From NCBI GenBank assembly GCA_004764695.1, contig SMSO01000031.1, positions 9,468,761 to 9,532,760 of the forward strand: a DNA stretch of 64,000 nucleotides, read 5' to 3'. A model generated the notes under the pieces. That model saw only the letters and a program-made list of their open reading frames with translations, ran no database searches and was not told the DNA's origin. A program made the position numbers and the translations under genes. Numbering within the stretch: position 1 is the stretch's first letter; each line of letters opens with the position of its first letter. Source of the stretch: Schizochytrium sp. TIO01. Taxonomy: Eukaryota > Protista > Bigyra: Labyrinthulomycetes. Positions 23,301-35,598 of this stretch are shown here, one piece after another.

Positions 23301-26300
23301 GATAGCGTCCTTTCAGGTACTGCCACGCGGTGGAATGTTCCCCTGCCACGCGCAAATTGCCACGGCGTGCTCCCTGACGGCCGGATTGCTAGCACCATAT
23401 CCTCGGAGCGAGCCTGATTCTTGCTGCGTCCGAAGCCGTGCTGGTGCTCAATAGCGATTCCGACGATCTTTGCCAGGAATTGAATAAAAAAAGTACGTGC
23501 CATGAATAACTAAAACATAGCTCTGCCAGTATTGTCACGGCTTCAACAAACGAGTAAATGAACTTGAAAGAAATCAACGCGGGAAAAGCCAGGTGTGCGC
23601 TCTTTCGAACTCTTCTTGAAATGACTCTCTCGAAGCCTTTCTTCATTTCTTAATAGTTTGATGCAAATCGTACAAGCTCCTGCTATTATCAGAGTCGCGA
23701 ACTTAAATTAGAAGAATCACAGCCTCAAGATCGAACAGGCAAATACAATGTAGGCCTAAAATCGCTTGGTGTCTAGCTTTACAGAAATCGTCGAGAGCAG
23801 AGATCGTAGGCAGGTACAAGACAGTGGAGTACAAGATGCGGAGGGTGAGTGAGGGATGGAAAACCCTGAGTGAGGTTCATCGTGACATGACGGCACCAAA
23901 AGTCCCAGGCCACTCCTGGATGCTGCGGGGCAGTGGTGGCAGGGGAGAAAGCCGCCCAGAGGCAGTGCTGAAGAGCAGCAGTGCGAGGGAGGGATTCAGG
24001 GTAGCATAGAACTTAGTGATTTAGGTGGGGAAACACAGACCAATCTCTGAGAGGTAATTCGCTAAACACTCTGTAAAACAGGAAAGCTGCGCGCTTGCAG
24101 GGACCCCACAGTAGCCCGCATGACATCATTCCTGAGCGCACACCTTTTAAAAAGTGCAGTGCAGGGGATGACAACCATCATGAGAAGGACTTGAGGCGAT
24201 GATTATGATGACGATTGATGATTCATGACGACTTCAAAGTTTGATGAATCAACGATAATGGTCGAGTGCAGCAGCTCATGATGAGAGGTGATGAGATTTA
24301 ACTCGTAGGCGAGACATACTTATCAAGCATGGTTGGAGCCGCTTGTTTAAAGAGAGATTATGAGAAACTGCCAATCGCGGAGCGGAAGAAGATCTATTTG
24401 GCATGCACGCGACGGCGCCTTGCTAAATAGCTTCGCTACCGCTGTTGCGCTTACTATCGCTGCATCTGGGCGTCGTTCATGATGTCGTCTTCGTCGCCGG
24501 TGGGCTTTCCTCCTTTAGGACTGTTCGCAACACCGCAAGTCGCCGGCGTCCAAGGAAGTATTAGCAGCCATCCTGCTATTTCTGAGAGCTGCTGCACGGG
24601 CCTCCTGGGATAGTGATCGTCTGCTTATTCAAATCTATAAAGTTACCTTTTCTCAAGAAGACAGAAAACCCTAGGAAGACTAAGACGTTTCGATTTATAA
24701 AAAAAGTGCTTTAAAAAAAGTTTACTCAAGAAAAAATAAAACAACTGGCGGAGGAAAAGAGCAGCCTCCCGCGCTGCCTGCCTCCTCCTGCACCTGCTCC
24801 CAGGATCGGGGCTCCTCTTCAGTCAGCCTCCAAGCATGGGAACGAGACAGTAAGGCTTGGAAATCAATCCATCTGGCGCGATGATTTTAAGTGCATGGCA
24901 CCTATATTGTCATGATCATTCGAAGCCGAAATCAGATGATAATACTAATCTAATTTTGGTTGTTCACTTTAAATTTGGTAAATGACTAAGATTTTCTCCA
25001 GTGCTTCGGAGCTGACTTAGAAGTTGAAGCTGCTCTTTCTATTTTCTCAGATAGTCCTATGCCATTGAATCAAGGTGATGTGGCAGTCCTCGTCAGCTGC
25101 ACTTAATTCATGCAGCCTGTCTGGTTTGCAAGTAGTAGTAAATACTTAAGAAGGTCAAGTCACAGCTGAGATTGTCCAACTCGAAAGATCAATGAGAACC
25201 TATTAGGGGTTGCGGCTCGCTCTCGAGGAGCTTCAGAACTTGAGAGCTTTGGACAACAACAACGACACACAGAAAGAAAATGAATATTATTTATTTATTT
25301 AAAACAAAAGCAAAATGGAACTTTTCAAAGTGTTTCTGATTTTTAAAATTAAAAGAAAAAAAGAAAAAAGAAAAAGAAGACCTCAACCATTTCGCTTCGA
25401 TGAATTTGATGAATTTGTTTCAGGCTCTTTTTACTTCGTGCATGCAATCGGCTTGCAAACAAATGGCTTCGAATGGTGCTCTAGCTCTAGAGAGTAGCCG
25501 CGGGGTTAAATTAAATCGACAATCAATTCTCTCACGATTGGCCCTTATTCTATCTTCCGTTTTGTCATTCTGGTAATAAGGAGAGAAAACACCTTGATCA
25601 GCGAGCGAGGAAAAGAAGTACTGCTCGACGTATTTATAAAAGAGGAAGTCAAAGGCACTGCTGATGTGTCATTTGTAGGATGAAACCCACGAGCTCACCA
25701 CGAAGGCACCTGTAATTTAAGCTTCAAGCTGTTTGCGAGTTCACTCGCTCGCCCACCAACCACCCTCGGCAGCGGAGTGTGAGTCGAGTCTTGAACGATG
25801 CAAATTAGCAGCGGTTATTTTAAAAATAGGTAGCAACAGAACCAACCACTCATTAGCCTTGCACTTCGTATTCTTGTTTCATGTTCATGAAAGATAATTG
25901 TTCCTAGGCACTACTAGTATAGCAAACTCCTGGTCAAGGCGGCGATTTGTTGCTTCGGCAATCATGATGGTGAGCGAGGTGAGTTTGTCGTTAGTTAGTC
26001 AGCAAGTTTGTAAGTTGGTTATTCTTTCGATCTCACGTTTCCCTCCTGATGATTATGATGATTGCCACCATCAACAAGTATAGCTAGAGCCGCTGATAAC
26101 AGCTAGCTAGGAGAACCTGAGGAGGAGACGGATGCTCTTTGCTTCATGAGGATATTGTAAGAAATCAATAATTTGAAGAATGAGGACGATTGACTTCTCC
26201 AATGCTCCAGACGAGCAAACACTCATAACGTTTAATAAGAGAATCTTAAATAAGACAATGTAAAGGCTGCCTTTAAATCGAAGGAGTATTCGCTTTAAAG

Positions 26301-29300
26301 CTGTGGGCCGAGATGGTGGGCTTGCTATTGCTTATTCAAAAATGAAAGTAAACATTTATCCATAAATATATAGTGTAAATGAAGAAAACATTAGGAAATA
26401 TACTATAGTTTATACAAAACAGAAGCACTGAGTGCTACTATTATAATTTAGTTTAAATAAAAATATATATAAGCTATGTAGACTCATTGTGCCATTTGTT
26501 AGGCACGTGCAGAGATGATAACATCAATCGCTCTCGAGTCATAAAGAGGAGCTGTCTACAAATAAGGTTTACTTAGAGTGCTAGGTAGAGTCCATGGTGG
26601 TGGCTTAATCTATACTTATTTTATTTCGTGGGTGCGTACCACCGTGTGGAAAATGGCAGTTCAATGGGATTTACAAGGCGCCTCCTCTTGAGAGTCTCGT
26701 ATAAGTGGCTCAAGTTGAAGGTAATCTCACAAAGGACCACCATGCCTATAGTGTTATTATTCTGTAAAAAAATCCTCGCACTTCTGGTTGATGAATTCTC
26801 AGATCGATTATTGATCATAGCTCAGGGCATCCCAAAATGTGATTGTGCAACTCGTCCATTCCTCCAATTTGGTCGCGTGCTCTTGGCTCAGATGCGCTGC
26901 AACGCATAAAATTAACTAAAATTGCAAACTCCTTGACTTTATTTTGAAACAAGTTGCGATAGCGCGAACACGAAGGAAACACATCTTGAACCTTCTGTAG
27001 ATATTATCTCATTAAAGTTTTCATAAAACAACAACAAAAACTTCCGTATTTTGTATAAGAAATAAGGAAAGAAACCCCATGTTGATAAATAGAAGATTTA
27101 AAAAAAAATTGTAATATATATATATGTTTAAAAAAAAATAAAATCCTTGAAAACAAAAACTAAATAAACCGATGAAAAATAAATTCTCAAATTCTGCAAT
27201 TTGATGCAATTCCCGCCCCAAATTTCTGAAGCCGATGCTCAAAGTCTCTCGGCTTGGATATCAGAAAGATGCGACATGGGCCGCCCGTGGTGCCTAAGGG
27301 GATATCTAAGTTCCCTCGCTTATTTCGGCGCGGCTAGTACCATTGCTGATAAGCAAAAGCGAGAGCCTGGGCACACCGTGAGTTGAGCTGGTTTACTAGC
27401 GAGCTTCTATTAAACACTATTTCATTTTGGACTTTTGGACGAAGCAGAGGCACACTCGTCGAGCCGAGTCGCTCGAGCCGAGCCGAGACGGCAGGGAGCG
27501 TGGAGACGGCGGCTCGAAATGGAAATAAGAGCCCCTGAAGGACACCCAGGGCTGTCAAGAGGCTCCGAATGGCTTACTTTGTAGCATAGTCAACAATATT
27601 AGGTAGCACTAATTAAACAGTACAGTTGAGACTCGAGGGAGGAAACTCAAGGCTGTATGGGACAGGATAGGTACTTCACTCTTATTATTATTATTATTAT
27701 TTTAAATAGAAATTGAATTGTCTGGGCTTGGTCTTCGACGAAAGATGATTGCAAAGATCGAGCTCAGGCTACCTTATTAGTAGCCATTGTAGGTGCAGGT
27801 TCAGGTTCTTCGCTGAAGGCAGCTTCTGTCTCTAAAAATTAGCTTTACTTTTTGCTCAACAGCTCCGCAAATATGGCGGTCTTCACATTTAAGAGCAGTT
27901 TGCTATCTTGCTACAAGGTTTTATCGTATATTGTACGCGTGAGAACCTCTTGGCAGAACAAATATAGTGAAGCACAAGTGAACGACTGTACTGCACTTTA
28001 TATATATATTTATTATTCTTTATTTAAACATCTTTTTAAATGACAAGATAAAATTAATTAAAAACAAAGGTTTTTTCTTTTCTATTTTAAATCGAGGACA
28101 GTGAATGTGTCTTCTTCGATGCACCTGTCGCTTCGTTCGCTACGGCAGCAAGTGTGAGTGGGGAAATAGTCGAAACGTTCGAGCAACTTGAAGGAGAGGG
28201 ACGCCTCGTTGGTCCCTCGAGCCGCGCGATCTTTGTCCTTACTTGGTTGTACTTCGTGCACAGATGGGCTTTCACAGGCAGGCACGGCTTGATGTGCATT
28301 CGGCGAACGACTTTCGAATACTAATTTAGAAGATCAAATTCAACAAGCCTTTTTAATTGTATAATTAATTTTTTGAATACTCATGATGATAGAATCGAAT
28401 AAATAAAAATAAAATAAAATAAACAGAATCCATAGTAAATAGTATGCTGAGCATAACAGAAAGTTGACTTGAAAAGTGTGGAACATGGAATAAAAGAATG
28501 AAATAAACAAATAGAAAAAGAAGAAGAAAGAATGGAATAGGGCAAAGAGGGACACACCCACGCCAAGTGCAATCAATGATTGCAGCGGCAGGCCAGCGAG
28601 CGATCGCTTTGGCAAGCCCACTCGAAAAAAGCCACCATTCTCCCTCTCCCGCCGCGGCTTCTCTGGGCCCTCTTCCTGTTCCCTCGCACCATCGCACATT
28701 AGTTTTCAAGCTCTCTCGCACTCCCTCTCCCACTCAGTATTCCTCGCTCCCACTCTTTCACCTTTTACTCACTCTTTCATCCATCAAACAGTAGGAGGTG
28801 CTATGGTGTGCTACAGCAAACGACCTGCATTAGTTATTGATCGCAACTTCAAAGCGACATCGTCTCTAAAAAGGAGAGGGAAACAGTCCATCCACCCAAA
28901 TAACAGAAAACAAGCAAACAGCCCGAAGTTCGCGCGGATGGCAGCCAACTTGACGCCCATCCCGACTGACTGAATGGAGAAGTCTTCAACTTGCTTGCTT
29001 CTTTGCTACCTATAAGCTCCCATTCCTCACTCACTTTCCAAAACAGATAGCTTGAAAAGAATGAAAGTTGTTGTTTTTTGTTCCCCCTCTTCAATATAGT
29101 CTACTTATTCACCACCAAGTCTTAAACAATTGTTTTCCCCTATAATAGAGGGTGTGCGCGACGCACGTGTGTGCACGCGGCACGCGCTGGGAGGCCATGA
29201 ATAATCATGGTTAATGAACACTCAGTCTTGTATTCTCTTAAGAGTCAGATACTCCAAGATAGGCCCATGTCTACAGATACCAGGACCCGTGTCGTGCGAG

Positions 29301-29469
29301 CGAAAGGGTGCAAAATGTAATATAATAGAAGGGAATAAATATTAGAGATCGTAAGTATTCAAGTAGGTATGGTATAATGATTTAGATGTGTGCGGATCGG
29401 TATAGGTTTTCGTAGGAGAGCTTCTACTAGTCAGAAGTGCGAGGGAAGGTGATTGAAATATTCTGGCAA

Positions 29470-29494
29470 AGCAGCATCAGCAAACCAGAAACAT
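29470..29494 (+). promoter_or_regulatory. Candidate promoter/5'UTR element shared with the first ICL gene
   Basis: AGCAGCATCAGCAAACCagAAACAT is 23/25 identical to 46104-46128 and starts 191 nt upstream of the ATG at 29661. Confidence 0.45.
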
Positions 29495-29660
29495 AAAGCA
29501 GCCCGCCAGCCTCAAGCAGACCGCCAGCAGCTCTTGCTTGCGGCCGCAGCTGAGTTCGTGCAAACCCCGAACTCTTTGAACATTAAACCCTACTAAACTA
29601 GCTTTTCAAAAGCACAAGCTTTGCTAACCTCGCAAGCTTTACCAAGCAAAACCAAGCAAA

Positions 29661-31415
29661 ATGACGGACGTGGCTTTGGAGAAGTTCAAGGAGCTGGGCT
29701 CCAAGCCGTACAAGGAGCAGCTTGTATGGTTCCTTAACGCTTTCTGGGCCAAGGGCATCATGATCGGTGCTGACAAGAGCCTCGCTGAGGAGGCCTGGAC
29801 CTGGTACCGTACCTGCGTGCAGCTCGACCCCAAGGGCGAGGAGGGTAACGAACTCGACGAGGTTCTTGCCCACCGTCTCCTCGAGAAGCACGGCCAGACC
29901 CTCACCGTCCGTGAGATGCGCGAGGTCCTCCGCGAGATCGATCTTGACTTCAACAAGTACGTCTGCCTTTTGGAGTTCCTCGTCTACAAGTTTAGCATTG
30001 ACTGGATCGAGCTCGTGAACTCCGTGACCGAGCAGGGTGATGGCGGTGCTGAGCTCACCGAGGCCTCTGAGCTCCTCGACGAGGCCCAGCGCCAGCTTGC
30101 CGACTGCGAGCAGAAGGCCGAGACCGCCAAGAACGAGGAGGAAGCCGCCGTTGCCGCCGAGAAGGATGCCAAGGACAAGAAGGCCGCCGCCAAGAAGGCC
30201 GCCAAGGATGCCAAGGATGCCGAGTCCTCTGCCAAGAAGGCTGAGGAGTCCGCCCGCAAGGCCGAGGCCAAGGCCGTCGAGGCTGAGCGCATCGCCACCG
30301 AGCACCACGAGAAGGCCGTCGCGGCCGAGGAAATCGCCGTCGCCAACGATGACCAGGCCCGCGAGGAGGCTGAGGCCGCTGCCGCCGCTGAGCAGGCTTC
30401 GCTTGACGCTGAGGCTGCCGCCGTCGAGGCCGAGGAGAACGCCAAGAAGGAGGCCGAGGAAGCCGCTGCTGCCGAGGCTGATGCCAAGGCCGCTGAGGAG
30501 GTCTTTGCCGCCGCTGAGGAGGTTGCCGCTGCCGCCGAGGCCGAGCAGCTTGCTGCCCAACAGGAGCTCGAGAAGATCCTCGACGAGATCCGTGCTGAGG
30601 AGCAGGCCTACGCTGACGAGCAGGACAGACTTGAGGCTATTGCTGAGGACGACTCCGTCGGAATCGTCAAGCAGGGTAAGGCAAAAAACGAGCTTGCCCA
30701 GCTTAGAGCCACCGACCCTGGTCCTCTTATCGCCGCCAAGCTCAAGCAGGAGGCCGCTGTCCGCAAGCAGGAGCGCCTCACCCACGCCGCTTCCATTGCT
30801 CGCGCTGACGCCCAGCGTGCTCGCAAGCCCTTCGAGGAGGCCCGCGTAGAGGCCGAGAAGCAGCGCGCTGAGGCCGACGAGGCCGCTGAGGCTGCCTCTG
30901 CTGCCCGTGCTGAGGCCGTCGCCGCCCGCGAGCAAGCCCAGGAGGCTCGCCGCGCCGCCGATGCTTCCCACGACGCCGCCACCAAGACCCGCAAGGCCGC
31001 CACTGCTGCTCGCGAACGCGACGAGAAGGCTCGCGCCAAGGCTGAGGAGGCTCGCGCTAAGGCTGAGGCCGAGGCTGAGGCTGCCACCCAGAAGCGCGCC
31101 GCCGCTGAGGAGGCCCGCGCCCTCGCTGACGCCAACGCTGAGGCTGCTGAGGCCGCCGCCGCTGCTGCTGAGCAGGCCCGCGCCGACGCCGTTGCCTCCC
31201 GCGAGGCCGCCGACGCCGCTGTCGAGACCTCTGTTGCCGCCTTCAAGGAGGCCAAGGAGGCCCTCGAGAAGGTCAAGGTCCTCTTCGCCAACTCCAACAA
31301 GGGTAACCTCTGGTTCATGGACCGTCAGCTCGAGGAGGCCAAGAAGGGTATGTCCAAGAAGCAGCTTGCCAAGCTTGCTCCCCGCCGCTCCATCCGCATC
31401 TCCTACCGCCGTTAA
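29661..31415 (+). CDS. Calcium-regulated actin-bundling protein (Dictyostelium ABP34/abpB family), elongated by Ala/Glu/Lys-rich coiled coils
   Basis: SKPYKEQLVWFLNAFW, EGNELD, EF-hand-like IDLDFNKYVCLLEFLVY, EQAY...GIVKQGKAKNELAQL...EAAVRK, and C-terminal GNLWFMDRQLEEAKK match ABP34 blocks in order. Extreme codon bias (GCC/GCT, GAG, AAG). Confidence 0.85.
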   Translation: MTDVALEKFKELGSKPYKEQLVWFLNAFWAKGIMIGADKSLAEEAWTWYRTCVQLDPKGEEGNELDEVLAHRLLEKHGQTLTVREMREVLREIDLDFNKYVCLLEFLVYKFSIDWIELVNSVTEQGDGGAELTEASELLDEAQRQLADCEQKAETAKNEEEAAVAAEKDAKDKKAAAKKAAKDAKDAESSAKKAEESARKAEAKAVEAERIATEHHEKAVAAEEIAVANDDQAREEAEAAAAAEQASLDAEAAAVEAEENAKKEAEEAAAAEADAKAAEEVFAAAEEVAAAAEAEQLAAQQELEKILDEIRAEEQAYADEQDRLEAIAEDDSVGIVKQGKAKNELAQLRATDPGPLIAAKLKQEAAVRKQERLTHAASIARADAQRARKPFEEARVEAEKQRAEADEAAEAASAARAEAVAAREQAQEARRAADASHDAATKTRKAATAARERDEKARAKAEEARAKAEAEAEAATQKRAAAEEARALADANAEAAEAAAAAAEQARADAVASREAADAAVETSVAAFKEAKEALEKVKVLFANSNKGNLWFMDRQLEEAKKGMSKKQLAKLAPRRSIRISYRR

Positions 31416-33753
31416 GTTAGGAGGCTGCTTGAGCCGACCTGCCTCTTTGTCTGTGTTTATGTGTACTCATCGCTGCCGGCCTCAACCTGACCGTACGCCT
31501 CAGGCGCCTGTGAGAATCATTGCTCATTTTCGCACATCGTAAGTGTACGGGTCAGACTTGACCTGGTGACGGGGAGACCTCTGTGACGGCGGGTTCATTC
31601 TTTCGTTCGTTCCACTTCTGTGGTCCTGAGTACTGTGTCTGCTTGTGAAGGCAAAGCTGTTCTCTTGGACTCGCAGCATGTGGTTCCTTTCCATTCATTC
31701 AATTCAAATTTCTTTCATTGCAAATCAATGAGCGGCTCGGGAGCTCAGGCGACCTCTTTATCTGTTAGTGTTGATCAGTTCAGCAGGGTCATATTCCTGC
31801 TGATGGCTGACTAACTGAAAGAGGTCGTACATAAGCAGAATGATTCGCGATCTTGCGGTCCACTTTTCCCTTCTCATGACGTCATCTATCTTTATGTCAA
31901 GATGCGGAAGAGATTGGGGGTTCCCCTCTCAAACGTCTGTGCTAGTGTCTGACCTAACTCCGCCTCCTTCACTCTCTTTTCCTCTACCGAAACCTCCTTC
32001 GAGATCTTGAAAATACCTCTGCGTGAACATCGAGGATCAAGGCTGTCAGGAAAAGAGAAGTGATAAGTTAGTTGAAGTTAAGATTTAGACAAATACATCA
32101 ATACACAGTCTGAGCTGAGAGGTGGAGTCTTTTCCGTTTCGTCTTCTTTCTTCTGCTGCTCATCTCTCCTCATTACATAGAGATGCCTCTCTTCTATGTG
32201 TCCCTCTCTCTCTCTCTCTCTCTCCATCGATTCATTTATCACGCGTCGGAGATTGGGACTCTAAACTGGTGCAGGCTCTGGCTTTCCTCAAAAGCGCTCT
32301 CTCCTGCAATGCAGTCTTGTTTCTATACAAGTATTTGCTTCGTGTCCGATGAGTGGACAGTCAGTTCTTGATGACTTGGATCCTCCACAAGTTGTCTGCT
32401 TGGCGGCAGCTGATTGTCGCATACGCTCGCCACACGTCCCCTTCTCAGCCATACTTTACCTTACAAATCTGCTCTCTCTTGCTGGAATTCGCTCAAGGCG
32501 CCACTGTTCTGAACAAATCATCCGTAGTGTCTTCTGCATCAAGTTTGCCTGACTTTTACAAATCATTACATCTGGCATCCATCCTACCTTTCCCTTCTTC
32601 AACGTTCTATCTGTCTCTTCCTAGTTTGCTCAATAAATTTTGATCATTACTCAATTCAAAAACTTTGCCTTCTTTTCAAAATTATTCTACATAGTAGAGC
32701 CTAGTACTCTTCGAATCTTGTCTGGTAATTTATACACATACCAATTATCCTTCATCTAAATTATCGTCACCAAGTAGTTCGAAAAATAAAAACCTATTCT
32801 GTTTGATTTGAGTGCTTCATAACTTCTGGTTCTTCATGAGAGATCATTGAAGAGCTCGTTGGGTGAGAAAGTTGTAAGGTTTCTGAACTCTTAATATCCC
32901 GAAGTGAACGTAGAAGTCTTTACAAAACTAGAATAACCCATCTGCTCAACTTGATCCCTAAGGTAAATTCATTCATTTACATTTAGAATATTGCTCCGTG
33001 CAAATTGTGTACTGTAAAACTTACTTCGTCTTTTTTAATTCCAAAATAAAATTAGATCATGGCTATTAGCATTCTATAGAATAAATAGATGGATATTGAG
33101 ATTTGCAAGCGGAAGGGCAGGTAGATCCAACTCTTCTAGAGGTCTAGATATTCATTATGAGACTTTAGGCTTATGTGGTGCATTAGATATACATCAGTGC
33201 TAGACCTGGTGGTACCCAAGGCGTAAAGTCAGAAAGTTTTGGTTCGTTGACAAGTTTAAATTCCATTTAAAACCTAGTCTCGAATGTCTGTAAGTTGTCA
33301 ATAAATTTCATGATGCTTTGTATATAAACTGTGACGATCAAAAGACCTGGAAAACTTTACGAATATCCGTAGATCTCTTTATGATAAGGCCAAACTCCTT
33401 ACCTCCCGCTGATGTCTCCAATCGAAGGAGCTAGCGGACAACAGAATGCTAAAGTTCTTGGCGTCCCTTTGTAAACCCCTCGTAGACATCGGGCTTACAA
33501 TATAGCAAGAGTTGGTAGCCAGATTCGAAAACCAAAAATGTTACTACACATCACCTAGATCCAAGTATGGGGTAATTTGAATCGATAGCTGCAGAGGTTG
33601 AACTAAACTACCCCATCAACTACCTCTAACTCCGTTCAAGAATGTCTTAGCCTCCTTAATTACTACATCGATCCATCTGGCCTGGAATTCATTCACCAGG
33701 ACAGCAGTTCGCTAACTCTTATATCAGCCTTCTTGAAGCGTTCATCAAGGCAC

Positions 33754-35598
33754 TTGCCTTTATCTTTACAGTCAACCTCAAGCTGACCAAGACTTTCTTT
33801 CTGCACCTCCAGTCGTCATTGTGCTCAGTCTTCATCTTCTTAGATATGATCTGTATCCTTATCAATAAACTTTCGGTAAGTGTTGAAACTTATCCTGCGT
33901 ATTTATCATAAATTTTAACAGGTCTCTGTTCACTACGAGCCATTGAATTTGTGCGGATAAAGCAGTGAATTGACCTACATGATATGATCTAGACATCGGA
34001 ATCTAAATAATTCTGGTGCCAGGCAAACTACCGAAAGAGTCTTTAAGTTTGGCAAACTTTGAAAGAAGGATAAACCTGTGTACGGCCAAAACATATCAAG
34101 GCATGCATATTCTCCAACATGGTTGTTCAGGTCAGATATGTGATTTCACATATTTTCGCGAGTGCATGATAAATTGCGCTAAACAAAACCAGCAATGATT
34201 ATTGGGCTATCTCGATGAAAACTCTTGCTTTTTTGAATATGTGTGCTGAAAGCTAATCCCTGAGCAGTCAGAGGTTAAATGGGAAGATGAACGCGAGGAA
34301 CTTGGGGCACATGATGAGATTTATGAAGGTGTTATGTACTTAGGCTATAGAGTTGGCGATCTGCTGTCCTTGGAGATGGATGCCGAGGAGGGCTGGTTCA
34401 AACTTCAATAGGAGACCAAGTCAGACCTCATCTATATTACGCAGAACCTAAGGGTAAAATAAGCTCATTTCCTCAACTAATAATGCAAGCCGCCCTTATA
34501 TAAACCTTCAATTAATACACTTTCACTCTTAAGTTACCTTTGTCTCGTGTCTTCATATCTAAGAATAAGTCTAATTCCATCAGGCAAAAACCAAGATTGT
34601 CTTAGTACCCTAATTGTAACACGAGTCAATCTGCCTTGGTCCAACATGTCAGGGACAGTAGATCGCTAAATCGTGAAGCCATAATCCTCACGCCTTCCCA
34701 AGCCTTTTTAAATCCTTTAGCAAGCCTTTTGCCTTCATGCTCATAGTCAACTTCTAGCTGACCAGATTCATCTTTCAGAATGCAATACATATTTAAAAGA
34801 ATATTTTATAGCTTTGGGTTCGATTATCCGTAAAGGTTAGCATTTGTGTTTTGATTGCTGGAGAATGAGGTCCACCTAGTTTGCTAAGTCTGCTGAGTTA
34901 ATTGAGTGTAAACATTATCATATTTTCTTCTGATCAACCTGCTCTACTTGTGCCATATTTTTTTCAAGAACTTATTGCTTCCATCGTTTCCTGTTCATCT
35001 CTGGGATGCACTCACTCTACTTGATGATCTCTGGATGGCATTTCTCTTGTTCATCCTCTAGATATGGTACTTAACCCATAGAGTTGACTTCATACCTCTC
35101 AAAAACACCCTCAATTTCTTGCAAATTTCTTGCAAATTTCTTGCAAAATTCTGCAAAATCTTTTCTTTTCTTAGAAGTGTGCTAATATTCCAAATCAAAG
35201 GAAGATATAGCTAGAGTTTGTGACGTGTCATTGTAAGTTCGCAAATATTTTGGTGTCTACATAGTATTTGAAAAGGCAACTATTTGAGATGCTTCCTGGA
35301 TCCAAGTGTTGCAGGGTTCGAAAGTGGACATACACATTCGACAGAACAAGTGAGGTTAAATTTGACTTGGTAGTTGAAGAGACAAATCGACGTGACCTAC
35401 TTACCTGTGTGACGTATGGATCAAGTATATGTTTGCCATTTTATTATGACATGGATTAGTCCGCCTTGACATGCAAGTGAAAGGGATACAATCGCTGAGG
35501 CTAGGAGGCAAAAGTCTAGTGAGCCCTCCTAAACCTTCTCTAAAACTCTTGCCTTGAACTTCATGGTCAACCCCTAGCTGCCTAGCTTAATCTTTCAG
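33754..35598 (-). repeat. Three dispersed, diverged copies of a 50-bp coding-like segment
   Basis: 33754-33803, 34729-34778 and 35549-35598 align without gaps (copy 1 vs 2: 36/50; copy 2 vs 3: 39/50). Minus-strand translations: GQLEVDCKDKGK, GQLEVDYEHEGK, RQLGVDHEVQGK. Confidence 0.75.
35113..35157 (+). repeat. Short tandem repeat (AATTTCTTGCA)x3 plus a degenerate copy
   Basis: aatttcttgcaaatttcttgcaaatttcttgcaaaattctgcaaa. Confidence 0.8.

Noticed and set aside
29598-31542. Long antisense and alternative-frame ORFs over the ABP34-like gene
   Set aside because: These are low-complexity shadows of GCC/GAG/AAG-rich coding sequence.
34810-35330. GGTTCGA T-loop-like words (~34817, ~35315)
   Set aside because: No cloverleaf stems or A-box could be built, so these are not tRNAs.
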